This document shows, in pieces, positions 56,617 to 64,000 of a DNA stretch of 64,000 nucleotides; within the stretch, counting starts at the first letter, position 1; each line of letters opens with the position of its first letter. The stretch is taken from the NCBI GenBank assembly GCA_937892915.1, contig CALBIC010000181.1, forward strand, positions 2,909-66,908. Reading direction: 5' to 3'. Position numbers and translations under genes: made by a program. The stretch is from an uncultured Rhodobacterales bacterium (lineage in GTDB: Bacteria; Pseudomonadota; Alphaproteobacteria; Rhodobacterales; Rhodobacteraceae). The notes under the pieces were generated by a model. The model was not told the origin of the DNA. It saw only the letters and a program-made list of their open reading frames with translations, and ran no database searches.

Positions 56617-57957
56617 ATGAATGACCAAACCAGCCGGAAACCCGACCAGCCCTTGCCATATGCTTTGATCGGGGCGGGGCCGATGGGATTGGCGATGGCC
56701 AAGAACCTGTTGGATCAGGGCATCGCGTTTCAGGGTTTTGAGGCGCATTCCGGGGTTGGCGGTCTGTGGGATATCGCGGCGGCGCGCTCGACCATGTATG
56801 ACACTGCGCACCTGATCTCGTCCAAAACCATGACCGAATTCACCGATTTCCCGATGCGGGCTGAGGTGGCCGAATATCCCTCGCATCACGAGATGAAGCG
56901 GTATTTCACCGGGTTTGCCAATCACTTTGACCTGACCCGGCACTATATGTTCGGCACCGAAGTCGTGCAGGCAACACCCTTGGGGGACAGCGGCGAAGGC
57001 TGGCAATTGGTCTGGCGCAACGACGATGGCAGCGAAGGCCAGGGGGTGTTCGCCGGGGTTCTGATTGCCAACGGCACCTTGTCCGAACCAAACATGCCCA
57101 CCTTCAAGGGCGAATTCACCGGCGAGCTGATCCATTCCAGCCAGTACCGCAGCCCAAGCCGGTTTGCCGGTAAGCGGGTGTTGGTGATCGGGGCGGGGAA
57201 CTCGGGATGTGACATCGCGGTTGATGCGATCCATCACGGGATCAGCTGTGATCTGTCGATGCGGCGGGGCTATTATTTTGTGCCGAAATATGTGTTCGGC
57301 AAGCCTGCCGATACCATGGGCGGGCTGATCAGGTTGCCGATGTGGCTGAAGCGCCGGATTGATGGACTGATCCTGAAATGGTTTGTGGGGGATGCGCAAA
57401 AATACGGGTTTCCGAAACCAGATTACGCGCTTTACGAGGCGCATCCGGTGGTGAATTCCCTGATCCTGTTTCATGCGGGGCACGGCGATGTCACCATCCG
57501 CCCGGACGTGGATCGGTTTGACGGCAAGACGGTGCATTTCAAGGATGGCAGTCAGGCCGAGTATGACCTGATCTTGGCGGCAACCGGATATCTGCTGCAT
57601 TATCCGTTTATCGAGCGCGAGTTGCTGAACTGGCAAGGCGACGCGCCGCATTTGTTTTTGAACGCGATGCATCCCGTGCGCGATGACTTGTTTGTTTTGG
57701 GCATGGTCGAAGCGTCTGGCCTTGGCTGGCAGGGCCGCCATGAACAGGCGGAACTGGTGGCGCGCTACATTAAAGGCATCGCATCAGGGCAGGCGGCAGC
57801 CAAGGCGATCAAGGCGGAAAAGGCCAGAGGTTTTGCGCGTCTGACCGGTGGCACCAAGTATATCAAGCTGGCAAGGATGGCCTATTACGTGGATAAAGCG
57901 ACCTATCGGCGGGCAGTGACGCAGCGGATCAAATCGCTGAAACGGGGGATGGAATGA
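56617..57957 (+). CDS. Flavin-containing monooxygenase-like FAD/NAD(P)-binding oxidoreductase
   Basis: ORF 56611..57957. ATG 56617 is preferred as the start. FAD site ALIGAGPMGLA, FMO motif FTGELIHSSQY (FxGxxxHxxxY) and NADPH site VIGAGNSGCD are present. Confidence 0.8.
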   Translation: MNDQTSRKPDQPLPYALIGAGPMGLAMAKNLLDQGIAFQGFEAHSGVGGLWDIAAARSTMYDTAHLISSKTMTEFTDFPMRAEVAEYPSHHEMKRYFTGFANHFDLTRHYMFGTEVVQATPLGDSGEGWQLVWRNDDGSEGQGVFAGVLIANGTLSEPNMPTFKGEFTGELIHSSQYRSPSRFAGKRVLVIGAGNSGCDIAVDAIHHGISCDLSMRRGYYFVPKYVFGKPADTMGGLIRLPMWLKRRIDGLILKWFVGDAQKYGFPKPDYALYEAHPVVNSLILFHAGHGDVTIRPDVDRFDGKTVHFKDGSQAEYDLILAATGYLLHYPFIERELLNWQGDAPHLFLNAMHPVRDDLFVLGMVEASGLGWQGRHEQAELVARYIKGIASGQAAAKAIKAEKARGFARLTGGTKYIKLARMAYYVDKATYRRAVTQRIKSLKRGME

Positions 57958-58856
57958 ACGATATCGACGAGGTGATGCTAAATTTCAGCCCCGGTAGCCT
58001 TCAACTGCTGAACGCTATTCTGGCGATTGTGATGTTCTCCATCGCGCTGGATTTACGCCTGTCGGATTTCGGGCGGCTGATCAAGTCACCCAAGCCGATG
58101 CTGACGGGGATTGCGGCGCAGTTTCTGTTGCTGCCGGCGCTGACCTTTCTGCTGGTTTTGGCACTTGAGCCGCGCCCGTCAATTGCGTTGGGGCTGATCC
58201 TTGTGGCGGCCTGTCCGGGGGGCAATATCTCGAACTTCATCACCCATCGGGCGGGCGGCAATGCGGCTTTGTCGGTGTCGATGACCGGGGTTGCGACCTT
58301 GGGGGCGATCTTGCTGACGCCCCTTAACATCGGGTTTTGGGGGTCGCTTTATCCACCGACCCGCGAGATTTTGCGCGCAACGGTGATTGATCCGGTTTCG
58401 GTGGCGATCACTGTCGGTCTGATGCTGGTGCTGCCGTTGTGTCTGGGAGTGCTGATCAACAGCCGTCTGCCGGATCTGGCGGCGCGTATCCGCAAGCCGT
58501 TGCAATGGCTGTCGATGGCGATATTCGTGGCGTTTATTGTGTTAGCACTGGCGGCAAACTGGGGTTTCTTTCTGAACTATGTTGCTGCGGTGGCGTTGTT
58601 GGTTTTCCTGCATAACGGGCTGGCGCTGGGCGCAGGATATGGCGCGGCGCGTCTGGCGGGCCTTTCGGAATATGACCGGCGGGCGGTGACGATTGAAACC
58701 GGTATTCAAAACTCGGGCCTTGGTCTGATCCTGATTTTCGGGTTCTTTCACGGGTTGGGCGGTATGGCGGTTGTCGCGGCGTTCTGGGGGATCTGGCACG
58801 CGATATCGGGTATCGCCTTGGCGGCGATCTGGTCGCGCACCAAAGCCGCGCGATGA
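57954..58856 (+). CDS. Bile acid:sodium symporter (BASS) family transporter
   Basis: 300 aa with an ATGA overlap on the FMO gene. Polytopic, with typical LPALTFLLV...VAACPGGNISN. Confidence 0.8.
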   Translation: MNDIDEVMLNFSPGSLQLLNAILAIVMFSIALDLRLSDFGRLIKSPKPMLTGIAAQFLLLPALTFLLVLALEPRPSIALGLILVAACPGGNISNFITHRAGGNAALSVSMTGVATLGAILLTPLNIGFWGSLYPPTREILRATVIDPVSVAITVGLMLVLPLCLGVLINSRLPDLAARIRKPLQWLSMAIFVAFIVLALAANWGFFLNYVAAVALLVFLHNGLALGAGYGAARLAGLSEYDRRAVTIETGIQNSGLGLILIFGFFHGLGGMAVVAAFWGIWHAISGIALAAIWSRTKAAR

Positions 58857-59791
58857 GCCGTATTCTGATCACCGGAGCGGCAGGTGCGGTTGGACAAAGC
58901 CTGCTGAGCGTGTTGGTGGGGTTAGGGCATGAGGTGATCGCCACCGATATTCGCGCGCCGTCGGGTCTGTCGGCTGGCATGCGATTTGTGCCGATGGACG
59001 TAACCGGCGATGATCCGGCGCGGGTTATTGTGGCCGAGCGGCCCGAGGTGGTGGTGCATCTGGCGTCGATCGTGTCGCCGCCCAAAAGCTCGACCCGGGC
59101 GTTTGAATATGCGGTCGACGTGACCGGTAGCCGGAATGTGCTGAACGCTTGTGTGGCGAACGGCGTCAGACGGATCGTGGTTACATCCTCGGGTGCCGCC
59201 TATGGCTATCAAGTGGACAACCCGGTGCCGTTGCGGGAAGGGGATGCGCTGCGCGGCAACAAGGCGTTTGCCTATGCGCATCACAAGCGGTTGGTCGAGG
59301 AAATGCTGGCGCAGGCACGGACGGCGCATCCGGCGCTTGAACAGGTGGTTCTCAGGGTCGGGACGGTTTTGGGGGCCGGTCTGGAAAACCAGATTACGGC
59401 GCTGTTTCACCGAAAACGATTGCTGGCCATTCGGGGTGCTGACAGCCCGTTTGTGTTTATCTGGACGCAAGATCTGGCGCGCATTCTGCTGCGCGCGGCG
59501 ACCGTTGGCCCGGCGGGCATTTATAATGTCGCAGGCGACGGGGCGTTGGGGATTGACCAGATTGCAATGAAGCTTGGCAAGCCGGTGTTGCGCCTGCCTG
59601 CGGCGGGATTGCGGGCGGCACTTGCGGTGGCAAAGCCGCTTGGGCTGTCGCGCTATGGGCCGGAACAGGTCAGGTTTCTGCAATACCGGCCGGTCTTGGA
59701 CAATCAGGCGCTGAAACGCGATTTCGGCTATCAGCCGGACCTGACATCGGCCGAGGTTTTCGATTTATGGCAAAAGGCGGCAGGATTGTGA
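58853..59791 (+). CDS. NAD-dependent epimerase/dehydratase family (extended SDR) protein
   Basis: 312 aa with an ATGA overlap. Rossmann motif ILITGAAGAVG and a YAHHK (YxxxK) motif are present. Confidence 0.8.
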   Translation: MSRILITGAAGAVGQSLLSVLVGLGHEVIATDIRAPSGLSAGMRFVPMDVTGDDPARVIVAERPEVVVHLASIVSPPKSSTRAFEYAVDVTGSRNVLNACVANGVRRIVVTSSGAAYGYQVDNPVPLREGDALRGNKAFAYAHHKRLVEEMLAQARTAHPALEQVVLRVGTVLGAGLENQITALFHRKRLLAIRGADSPFVFIWTQDLARILLRAATVGPAGIYNVAGDGALGIDQIAMKLGKPVLRLPAAGLRAALAVAKPLGLSRYGPEQVRFLQYRPVLDNQALKRDFGYQPDLTSAEVFDLWQKAAGL

Positions 59792-60552
59792 AAACCGCAG
59801 TGATAACCGGTGGTGCTGGCGGGCTTGGGCGGGCCTTGGCTGCGGGCTTGCAGGCCGAGGGGTGGTTTACCGCGTTGATTGATCTGCCGGGGCGTGAACT
59901 GGCGGCGGTGAAGGGGTCGGATCAACAGCAGCCCTATGCCTGCGATCTGACGGATGCGGCGCAACTGGCGCAGACCTGTGCGGCCATTCGCGGGTGCAGA
60001 CCGTCGATTGATCTGGTGGTCTATAATGCCGGGATCACCCAGATCGGATATTTTGCCCAAAGCGATCTGGCGACGCAGCGGCGGGTATTCGAGATCAACT
60101 ATTTTGCCGCGGTGGCAATGGCGCTCGAGTTTCTGCCAGATATCCGCGCCGCGAAAGGCACGCATCTCGCGATCTCGTCGGTTGCGGGTTTTGCACCACT
60201 ATACCGGCGCACGGCTTATGCTGCCAGCAAACATGCGCTCGAAGGGTTTTTCAAGTCTCTGCGCGGTGAAGAAGCGGCATATGGCGTAACAACCCTGATC
60301 GCCGCCCCGTCGTTTATCGCAACCAATCCCGGCAATCCCGAGGCAAAGCCTGACGGCACCGCGCGGCCGGGTTCGGCCACGGATGGGCTGGATTACATGC
60401 TGGCGTCCGCCGCCGCCGCGATCATTCTGCAAGGGTTGGCACGCCAGCAGCCAATGATCCCAGTGGGGCGGGTTGCACGCGCAGCGTGGTGGCTGAACGG
60501 GCTTGCGCCCAAGATTTACGAGCGACTGATGCTACGGAACCTGACGCGCTAG
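59788..60552 (+). CDS. Classical short-chain dehydrogenase/reductase (SDR)
   Basis: ORF 59767..60552. GTG 59788 is preferred because it overlaps the previous stop as GTGA. Motifs TGGAGGLG, NAG and YAASK are present. Confidence 0.8.
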   Translation: MKTAVITGGAGGLGRALAAGLQAEGWFTALIDLPGRELAAVKGSDQQQPYACDLTDAAQLAQTCAAIRGCRPSIDLVVYNAGITQIGYFAQSDLATQRRVFEINYFAAVAMALEFLPDIRAAKGTHLAISSVAGFAPLYRRTAYAASKHALEGFFKSLRGEEAAYGVTTLIAAPSFIATNPGNPEAKPDGTARPGSATDGLDYMLASAAAAIILQGLARQQPMIPVGRVARAAWWLNGLAPKIYERLMLRNLTR

Positions 60553-60596
60553 GCACGTCCTTATCGGTGATACGAATACGCAAAACAATCGGCCAA

Positions 60597-60645
60597 AATC
60601 ATAGTTTCAAAAATACTCTGGGGGTGTGGGGGTGAAACCCCCGCC
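60597..60645. repeat. REP/MITE-like mosaic repeat copy (inverted orientation); related GC-rich modules continue to about 60800
   Basis: ATCATAGTTTCAAAAATACTCTGGGGG is the reverse complement of the arm at 9685-9712. It is followed by GGGGGTGAAACCCCC (also at 14089). GGGGCTGTCGCCCCTCGCGCC at about 60771 resembles the hairpin module at 3035. Confidence 0.65.
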
Positions 60646-60901
60646 CGACGCGCCGTTCAGGCGTCGTCGGCCGGGCGCAACTGAAACCGGCCGAAGGTCG
60701 TGTTTCAGGCGTGAGAACCTCCTTTGACGCAGCGCGCATCCTCGGCCAGGGAGTCCTCCCGCCGACGCTGCGGGGCTGTCGCCCCTCGCGCCGTTTGGGC
60801 CCGGCACTGCCGAAAGATCGGCAGTGAAGTTGGATTGCCGCTGGGTCAGGAATAACCGACAGACCCCAGTCAGGGTTCACCCCAAAGCGTGATCCTGAGC
60901 T

Positions 60902-62038
60902 TTAAAAATACCGCACCAATTGTACAGTCAAAGCGCGGGATGGCCCGAGGTAAATACCTGAGCCAGCCGAGGTTTCGCGACCGCCAAACTCGGACCCAAC
61001 GCGACCCTGTGGGTGCAAATAGCTGAAGGTCAGGTTGGTGTTGTCGTCCAGCGTCAGATTACCAACCAAGCCGGCAATCGCGCTGCCGTCGTTGAGGTTG
61101 ATCACAGCGTTCGGGGCGAACATCAGGTCAGGGTTGATCTGCATCTGCAGACCAAGGGCCAGAAAATCCTTGCCGGCATTAAAGACCTGACCAGTGGACA
61201 TGCGTTTGGTCAAACTCGCTGAGATATAGATGAAACTTTGCATGAAGGTGTCGATTGTCGACAGGAACAGCGACAGTTTTTTCCATGATTTGACATCGAG
61301 ATCGGGCGCGGCTTTGGTCAGGGCGGCAATCGTCGGGTCAAGATCGGCCTCTAGCGGGATGGAAAAGGCGACCTCGGCGATTTTGTCACCGAGGCCGAGG
61401 AATTTTTGCCCGGCAGCGCGGCCAGTGAAGGCAAAGAAATCCTCGGTTGCCTGATCGGCGTCAAACAGGCCGATCACGTCAAAGCTTTGTTCCGCCAATG
61501 ACCCGTCGACGCTTTGCGACATCAGGATAACCCGCCGGCCGAGGCCGGTTTTCAGACGGTCAGCCAGATGCAGGCCGATCACGACCCCGTCGTCGTTGGT
61601 GTCGGTCAGATAACGGCCTTCAACCACTTTGCCGGGGATCGTGGACAGTTTCGCCTCGTCCGCGGGATCGACGCCCAAGATGGTGACGGGCAGGGTTTTG
61701 TATTCAGACTGCACCACACCTGGAACGCTGAGGCGGGTTGCCCATGCGGCGATTGCAGGGGTGTTGAGGGCGGATTTCAGGGCATCAGAAGGAGGGTCCA
61801 TCAGCGTGTCGATACTTGGATCATCCAAAAAGCCGACCGAATGGATTTGGCCCTGGCCGATCAGTAACCCAAGGGTGGCGTCTTTGCTGGATTGCGCCCA
61901 TGCGCCCAGAAAGGAATTGAAAATCAGAACCGACCACAGACCGACGGACACCACGATCAGGGTGATCGCAGTGCGCTTGGGATTGCGCCACAGATTGCGC
62001 CAGGCAAACGGGCCGAGGGTTCTGAGCTTGCCGATCAT
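60902..62038 (-). CDS. Chimeric ORF: FtsX/MacB-type ABC permease N-terminal part fused to an outer-membrane beta-barrel-like C-terminus (probable deletion remnant)
   Basis: Residues 1 to about 270 parallel the upstream permease paralog (FAWRNLWRNPKRT, TM1, periplasmic domain). The FtsX TM2-4 bundle is absent. The last ~108 aa have no TM helix, show alternating beta-strand-like patterning and end in ...ALTVQLVRYF. Confidence 0.55.
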   Translation of the reverse strand: MIGKLRTLGPFAWRNLWRNPKRTAITLIVVSVGLWSVLIFNSFLGAWAQSSKDATLGLLIGQGQIHSVGFLDDPSIDTLMDPPSDALKSALNTPAIAAWATRLSVPGVVQSEYKTLPVTILGVDPADEAKLSTIPGKVVEGRYLTDTNDDGVVIGLHLADRLKTGLGRRVILMSQSVDGSLAEQSFDVIGLFDADQATEDFFAFTGRAAGQKFLGLGDKIAEVAFSIPLEADLDPTIAALTKAAPDLDVKSWKKLSLFLSTIDTFMQSFIYISASLTKRMSTGQVFNAGKDFLALGLQMQINPDLMFAPNAVINLNDGSAIAGLVGNLTLDDNTNLTFSYLHPQGRVGSEFGGRETSAGSGIYLGPSRALTVQLVRYF

Positions 62039-63252
62039 GCTGCCATCGCCGTGACTGGTTCAAGGTGCAGCGTCCGGCGGTAGGGGATAATCCCCAGAAT
62101 TGCGATCGCCAGAATGATTGCTCCGGGGCCGATCAGCACGCGGAAAGCGGTCATTGCCGGGTAAATCCGCGACGGCAGGCCCCATTGCGCATAAATTTCA
62201 TCGAGCCCCTCAAAGGCGATGCCGGTTGCCTGAAAATAGGCGGTGATCGCGATGCCAAGTGCGATGCCGATGCCGTTGCCAAGGAAGGACAGAAAGATCA
62301 TTTCGGCCCAGACCATGCGGCCGATCTGGCCGGGCTTCATGCCGATGGCCAGAAGGACGCCAAATTCGCGGGTGCGTTCAAGAACCGACATGTAAAGTGT
62401 GTTGAGGATGATGAAAACCACAACGACGACAAGTGTGCCGTACATGAGCATGGCGGTGCTCATGTCAAAGCTGATGGCTTGTTTCAGGGCCGGTTGGATT
62501 TCTGTCCAGTCAAGATAGACCGCGTTGTGATCGGCGGCGATTGCGCGCAGGGTTTTCCCGACGGCTTCAACGTCGGACAGGTGTTCGCCGGTCAAGGCGA
62601 CCACGTTAACGGCACCGTCCATCAGGAAACTGTCTTTGAAACGGCTGATCGGCATTTGGGCGATCTGGCGATCGATTTCCGGCACGCCGCTTTTGAAGAT
62701 GCCTACCAGTGTCAGCACGTCGGCGGCAACTGATCCGTCCATGCCTGACCCCAGCATCGTCACTTGATCGCCAACCGACAGGCGCAAGTTGCGCGCCAGA
62801 CCGTCGCCCAGCACAATCGCGGCGTCGTCGTCGGCTGTCAGGCTGCGGCCCTGTTTTACGGAGCTGGAGAGGGTCGAAACTTTGGCCTCCTCGACCGGAT
62901 CAATACCGGAGATTGCGGCGGCAAAACTGCGATCGCCATTGGCCAGCAGCACGAAACCAACGGTGCGGGGGGTGGCAGCAGTGATGCCGCGAACCGCGCG
63001 GACCTCGGTCAGCAAGGTGTCCGGGTTGGCAATTACCTTGGAAATCTCGGGGTCGTCTTTATAGCCGACCGGCTGAAACTGCCCATAGCCATCGCTGATC
63101 CTGAGCATGCTGGATTTCATCGTGTCATATGACCCGAACTGAAACGACAGCATGAAAACCAGCAGCATCGAGGTGAACGCCATCCCGACAAGGCTGAGGC
63201 TGGTTCGGATCGGCTGGCGCCAGATGTTTCGCCATGCGAGTGCGAAAATCAT
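62035..63252 (-). CDS. FtsX/MacB-type (LolC/E-like) ABC transporter permease
   Basis: 405 aa with LAWRNIWRQPIRT, TM1, a periplasmic domain and a complete C-terminal FtsX bundle (ERTREFGVLLAIGMKPGQ...). Confidence 0.8.
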   Translation of the reverse strand: MIFALAWRNIWRQPIRTSLSLVGMAFTSMLLVFMLSFQFGSYDTMKSSMLRISDGYGQFQPVGYKDDPEISKVIANPDTLLTEVRAVRGITAATPRTVGFVLLANGDRSFAAAISGIDPVEEAKVSTLSSSVKQGRSLTADDDAAIVLGDGLARNLRLSVGDQVTMLGSGMDGSVAADVLTLVGIFKSGVPEIDRQIAQMPISRFKDSFLMDGAVNVVALTGEHLSDVEAVGKTLRAIAADHNAVYLDWTEIQPALKQAISFDMSTAMLMYGTLVVVVVFIILNTLYMSVLERTREFGVLLAIGMKPGQIGRMVWAEMIFLSFLGNGIGIALGIAITAYFQATGIAFEGLDEIYAQWGLPSRIYPAMTAFRVLIGPGAIILAIAILGIIPYRRTLHLEPVTAMAA

Positions 63253-63257
63253 GCCAC

Positions 63258-63728
63258 CTACCGGGGGTTTTGCAGGTTGGACTGGGTGAACAGATAGGAC
63301 GGTAGGTTGATGTCAAACTGTGCTGATTTGGTGGTGACGCGGGTATATTGCCCCGGTTTGGCGTCGGTTTTCATTGTCATCACCGTGGGGTAAGGCCGCC
63401 CGCCCAGCGTGCCGATTTTGTCGGCGGTCATGATCCGCACGCGCTTGCCCAGTTGGTCGTAATATTCAACCGACTGCAGTACACCGTCGCTGCGCACGTC
63501 GATGATTTGCTTGCCCCAGACAATCGGCTTGCCGCGTTTGGGCACGCTTTGGATTTTATAGATGGTTTTGCCGCCGGAACTTGATGTTCCAAGCAATGTG
63601 TGGGTGTAATCGTCCACCACTTTTTGCGATCGCGCCAGATCGTCATAGGAAAAATCCGACCCCATCCAGCTTTGCATCATCGCACTGGCGGGCAGCTTGA
63701 TGACTTGGTTCAGCTTGGGATTGAACAC
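63258..63728 (-). CDS. Outer-membrane lipoprotein-sorting (LolA-like) protein, 5'-truncated
   Basis: 156 aa from GTG 63728 with the core WMGSDFSYDDL. The frame stays open upstream only to a stop at 63801-03 (…DAGNATLQLGSSTYVFNPK). No signal peptide or N-terminal half is present, and the TetR gene starts at 63809. Confidence 0.6.
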   Translation of the reverse strand: MFNPKLNQVIKLPASAMMQSWMGSDFSYDDLARSQKVVDDYTHTLLGTSSSGGKTIYKIQSVPKRGKPIVWGKQIIDVRSDGVLQSVEYYDQLGKRVRIMTADKIGTLGGRPYPTVMTMKTDAKPGQYTRVTTKSAQFDINLPSYLFTQSNLQNPR

Positions 63729-63808
63729 ATAGGTTGACGATCCCAGTTGCAGCGTTGCGTTGCCAGCATCGCGGGCAGGGGCGGTGAAACAGAGCCGTTG
63801 TCAAGATC

Positions 63809-64000
63809 GTGACAGATCATCCTTCGCTTAAACTTGCCGCCGACAAACGGGCTCGGTTGTTTCTGGTGTCGAGCGCTGAATTCGCTGAACACGGGTTCAA
63901 TCAGGCGTCGCTTAACCGGATCATTGGTGCGGTTGGGATGAGTAAGTCGTCGTTTTATCATTACTTCCGCGACAAGACTGATTTGTTTGCGCAAATTCTG
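63809..64000 (+). CDS. TetR/AcrR family transcriptional regulator (partial, runs off the window end)
   Basis: Manual translation from GTG 63809 gives VTDHPSLKLAADKRARLFLVSSAEFAEHGFNQASLNRIIGAVGMSKSSFYHYFRDKTDLFAQIL, a canonical TetR N-terminal HTH. Not in the supplied ORF track because no stop lies inside the window. Confidence 0.7.
   Translation, partial: MTDHPSLKLAADKRARLFLVSSAEFAEHGFNQASLNRIIGAVGMSKSSFYHYFRDKTDLFAQIL

Noticed and set aside
60650-60901. ORFs 60599..60880(-) and 60607..60807(-) in the SDR / chimeric-ORF spacer as possible remnants of the missing ABC ATPase
   Set aside because: The translations show no Walker, signature or any other recognisable motif. The DNA is made of repeat-family modules and GC-rich hairpins.

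Overview
This 64 kb window is high-GC (about 60% by eye) and gene-dense. It looks like an alphaproteobacterial chromosome of Rhodobacteraceae type; the taxon is inferred from gene content, synteny and intergenic repeats. I recognised no rRNA, tRNA, CRISPR array, transposase or integrase.

Layout, left to right:
1. 1-10.5 kb: cobalamin genes. cobD and a DUF1636 gene lie on the minus strand. A translationally coupled plus-strand operon follows: cbiX, cobH (N-terminally extended), cobL, cobI, a cbiG-cobJ fusion and cobM.
2. 11.1-14.0 kb: a D-glutamate / D-amino-acid cluster (dgcN, dgcA, dat).
3. 14.3-16.6 kb: a CoA-transferase / acyl-CoA dehydrogenase pair.
4. 16.7-26.7 kb: an arginine -> ornithine -> proline -> glutamate supercluster. 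It holds an Lrp regulator, arginase, ornithine cyclodeaminase, a polar amino-acid ABC importer, putR and putA.
5. 27.0-28.4 kb: an aldehyde dehydrogenase.
6. 28.7-39.4 kb: the conserved rbfA-truB-rpsO-pnp block, interrupted at three points by accessory or decayed DNA.
7. 39.5-53.7 kb: a housekeeping run (dapB, rsmB, heparinase-II/III-like, purH, lspA, DUF3035, two M16 peptidases, mutL, rmuC, DUF3422).
8. 53.9-64.0 kb: a mixed right end. It holds rluE, a ParB-N mini-protein, an APC permease, a DsrC/TusE-like gene, an FMO-BASS-SDR-SDR operon, a decayed Lol-like ABC locus and a partial TetR gene.

Items most worth follow-up:
- A tandem triplet of RTX-type paralogs that share a C-terminal module; two of the three are split by a single in-frame stop codon.
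- A roughly 287-aa uncharacterised domain fused to CobH.
- A sulfotransferase-family gene and a DUF1643 gene translationally coupled into the rbfA-truB operon.
- A DsrC/TusE-like protein whose terminal active cysteine is replaced by Trp.
- A phased 11-bp TGTACA repeat array.
- A mosaic REP/MITE-like repeat family with at least 7 copies, some inside the cob operon.
- A chimeric permease / beta-barrel ORF.

All functional calls come from reading motifs in the translated ORFs. No database search was run.
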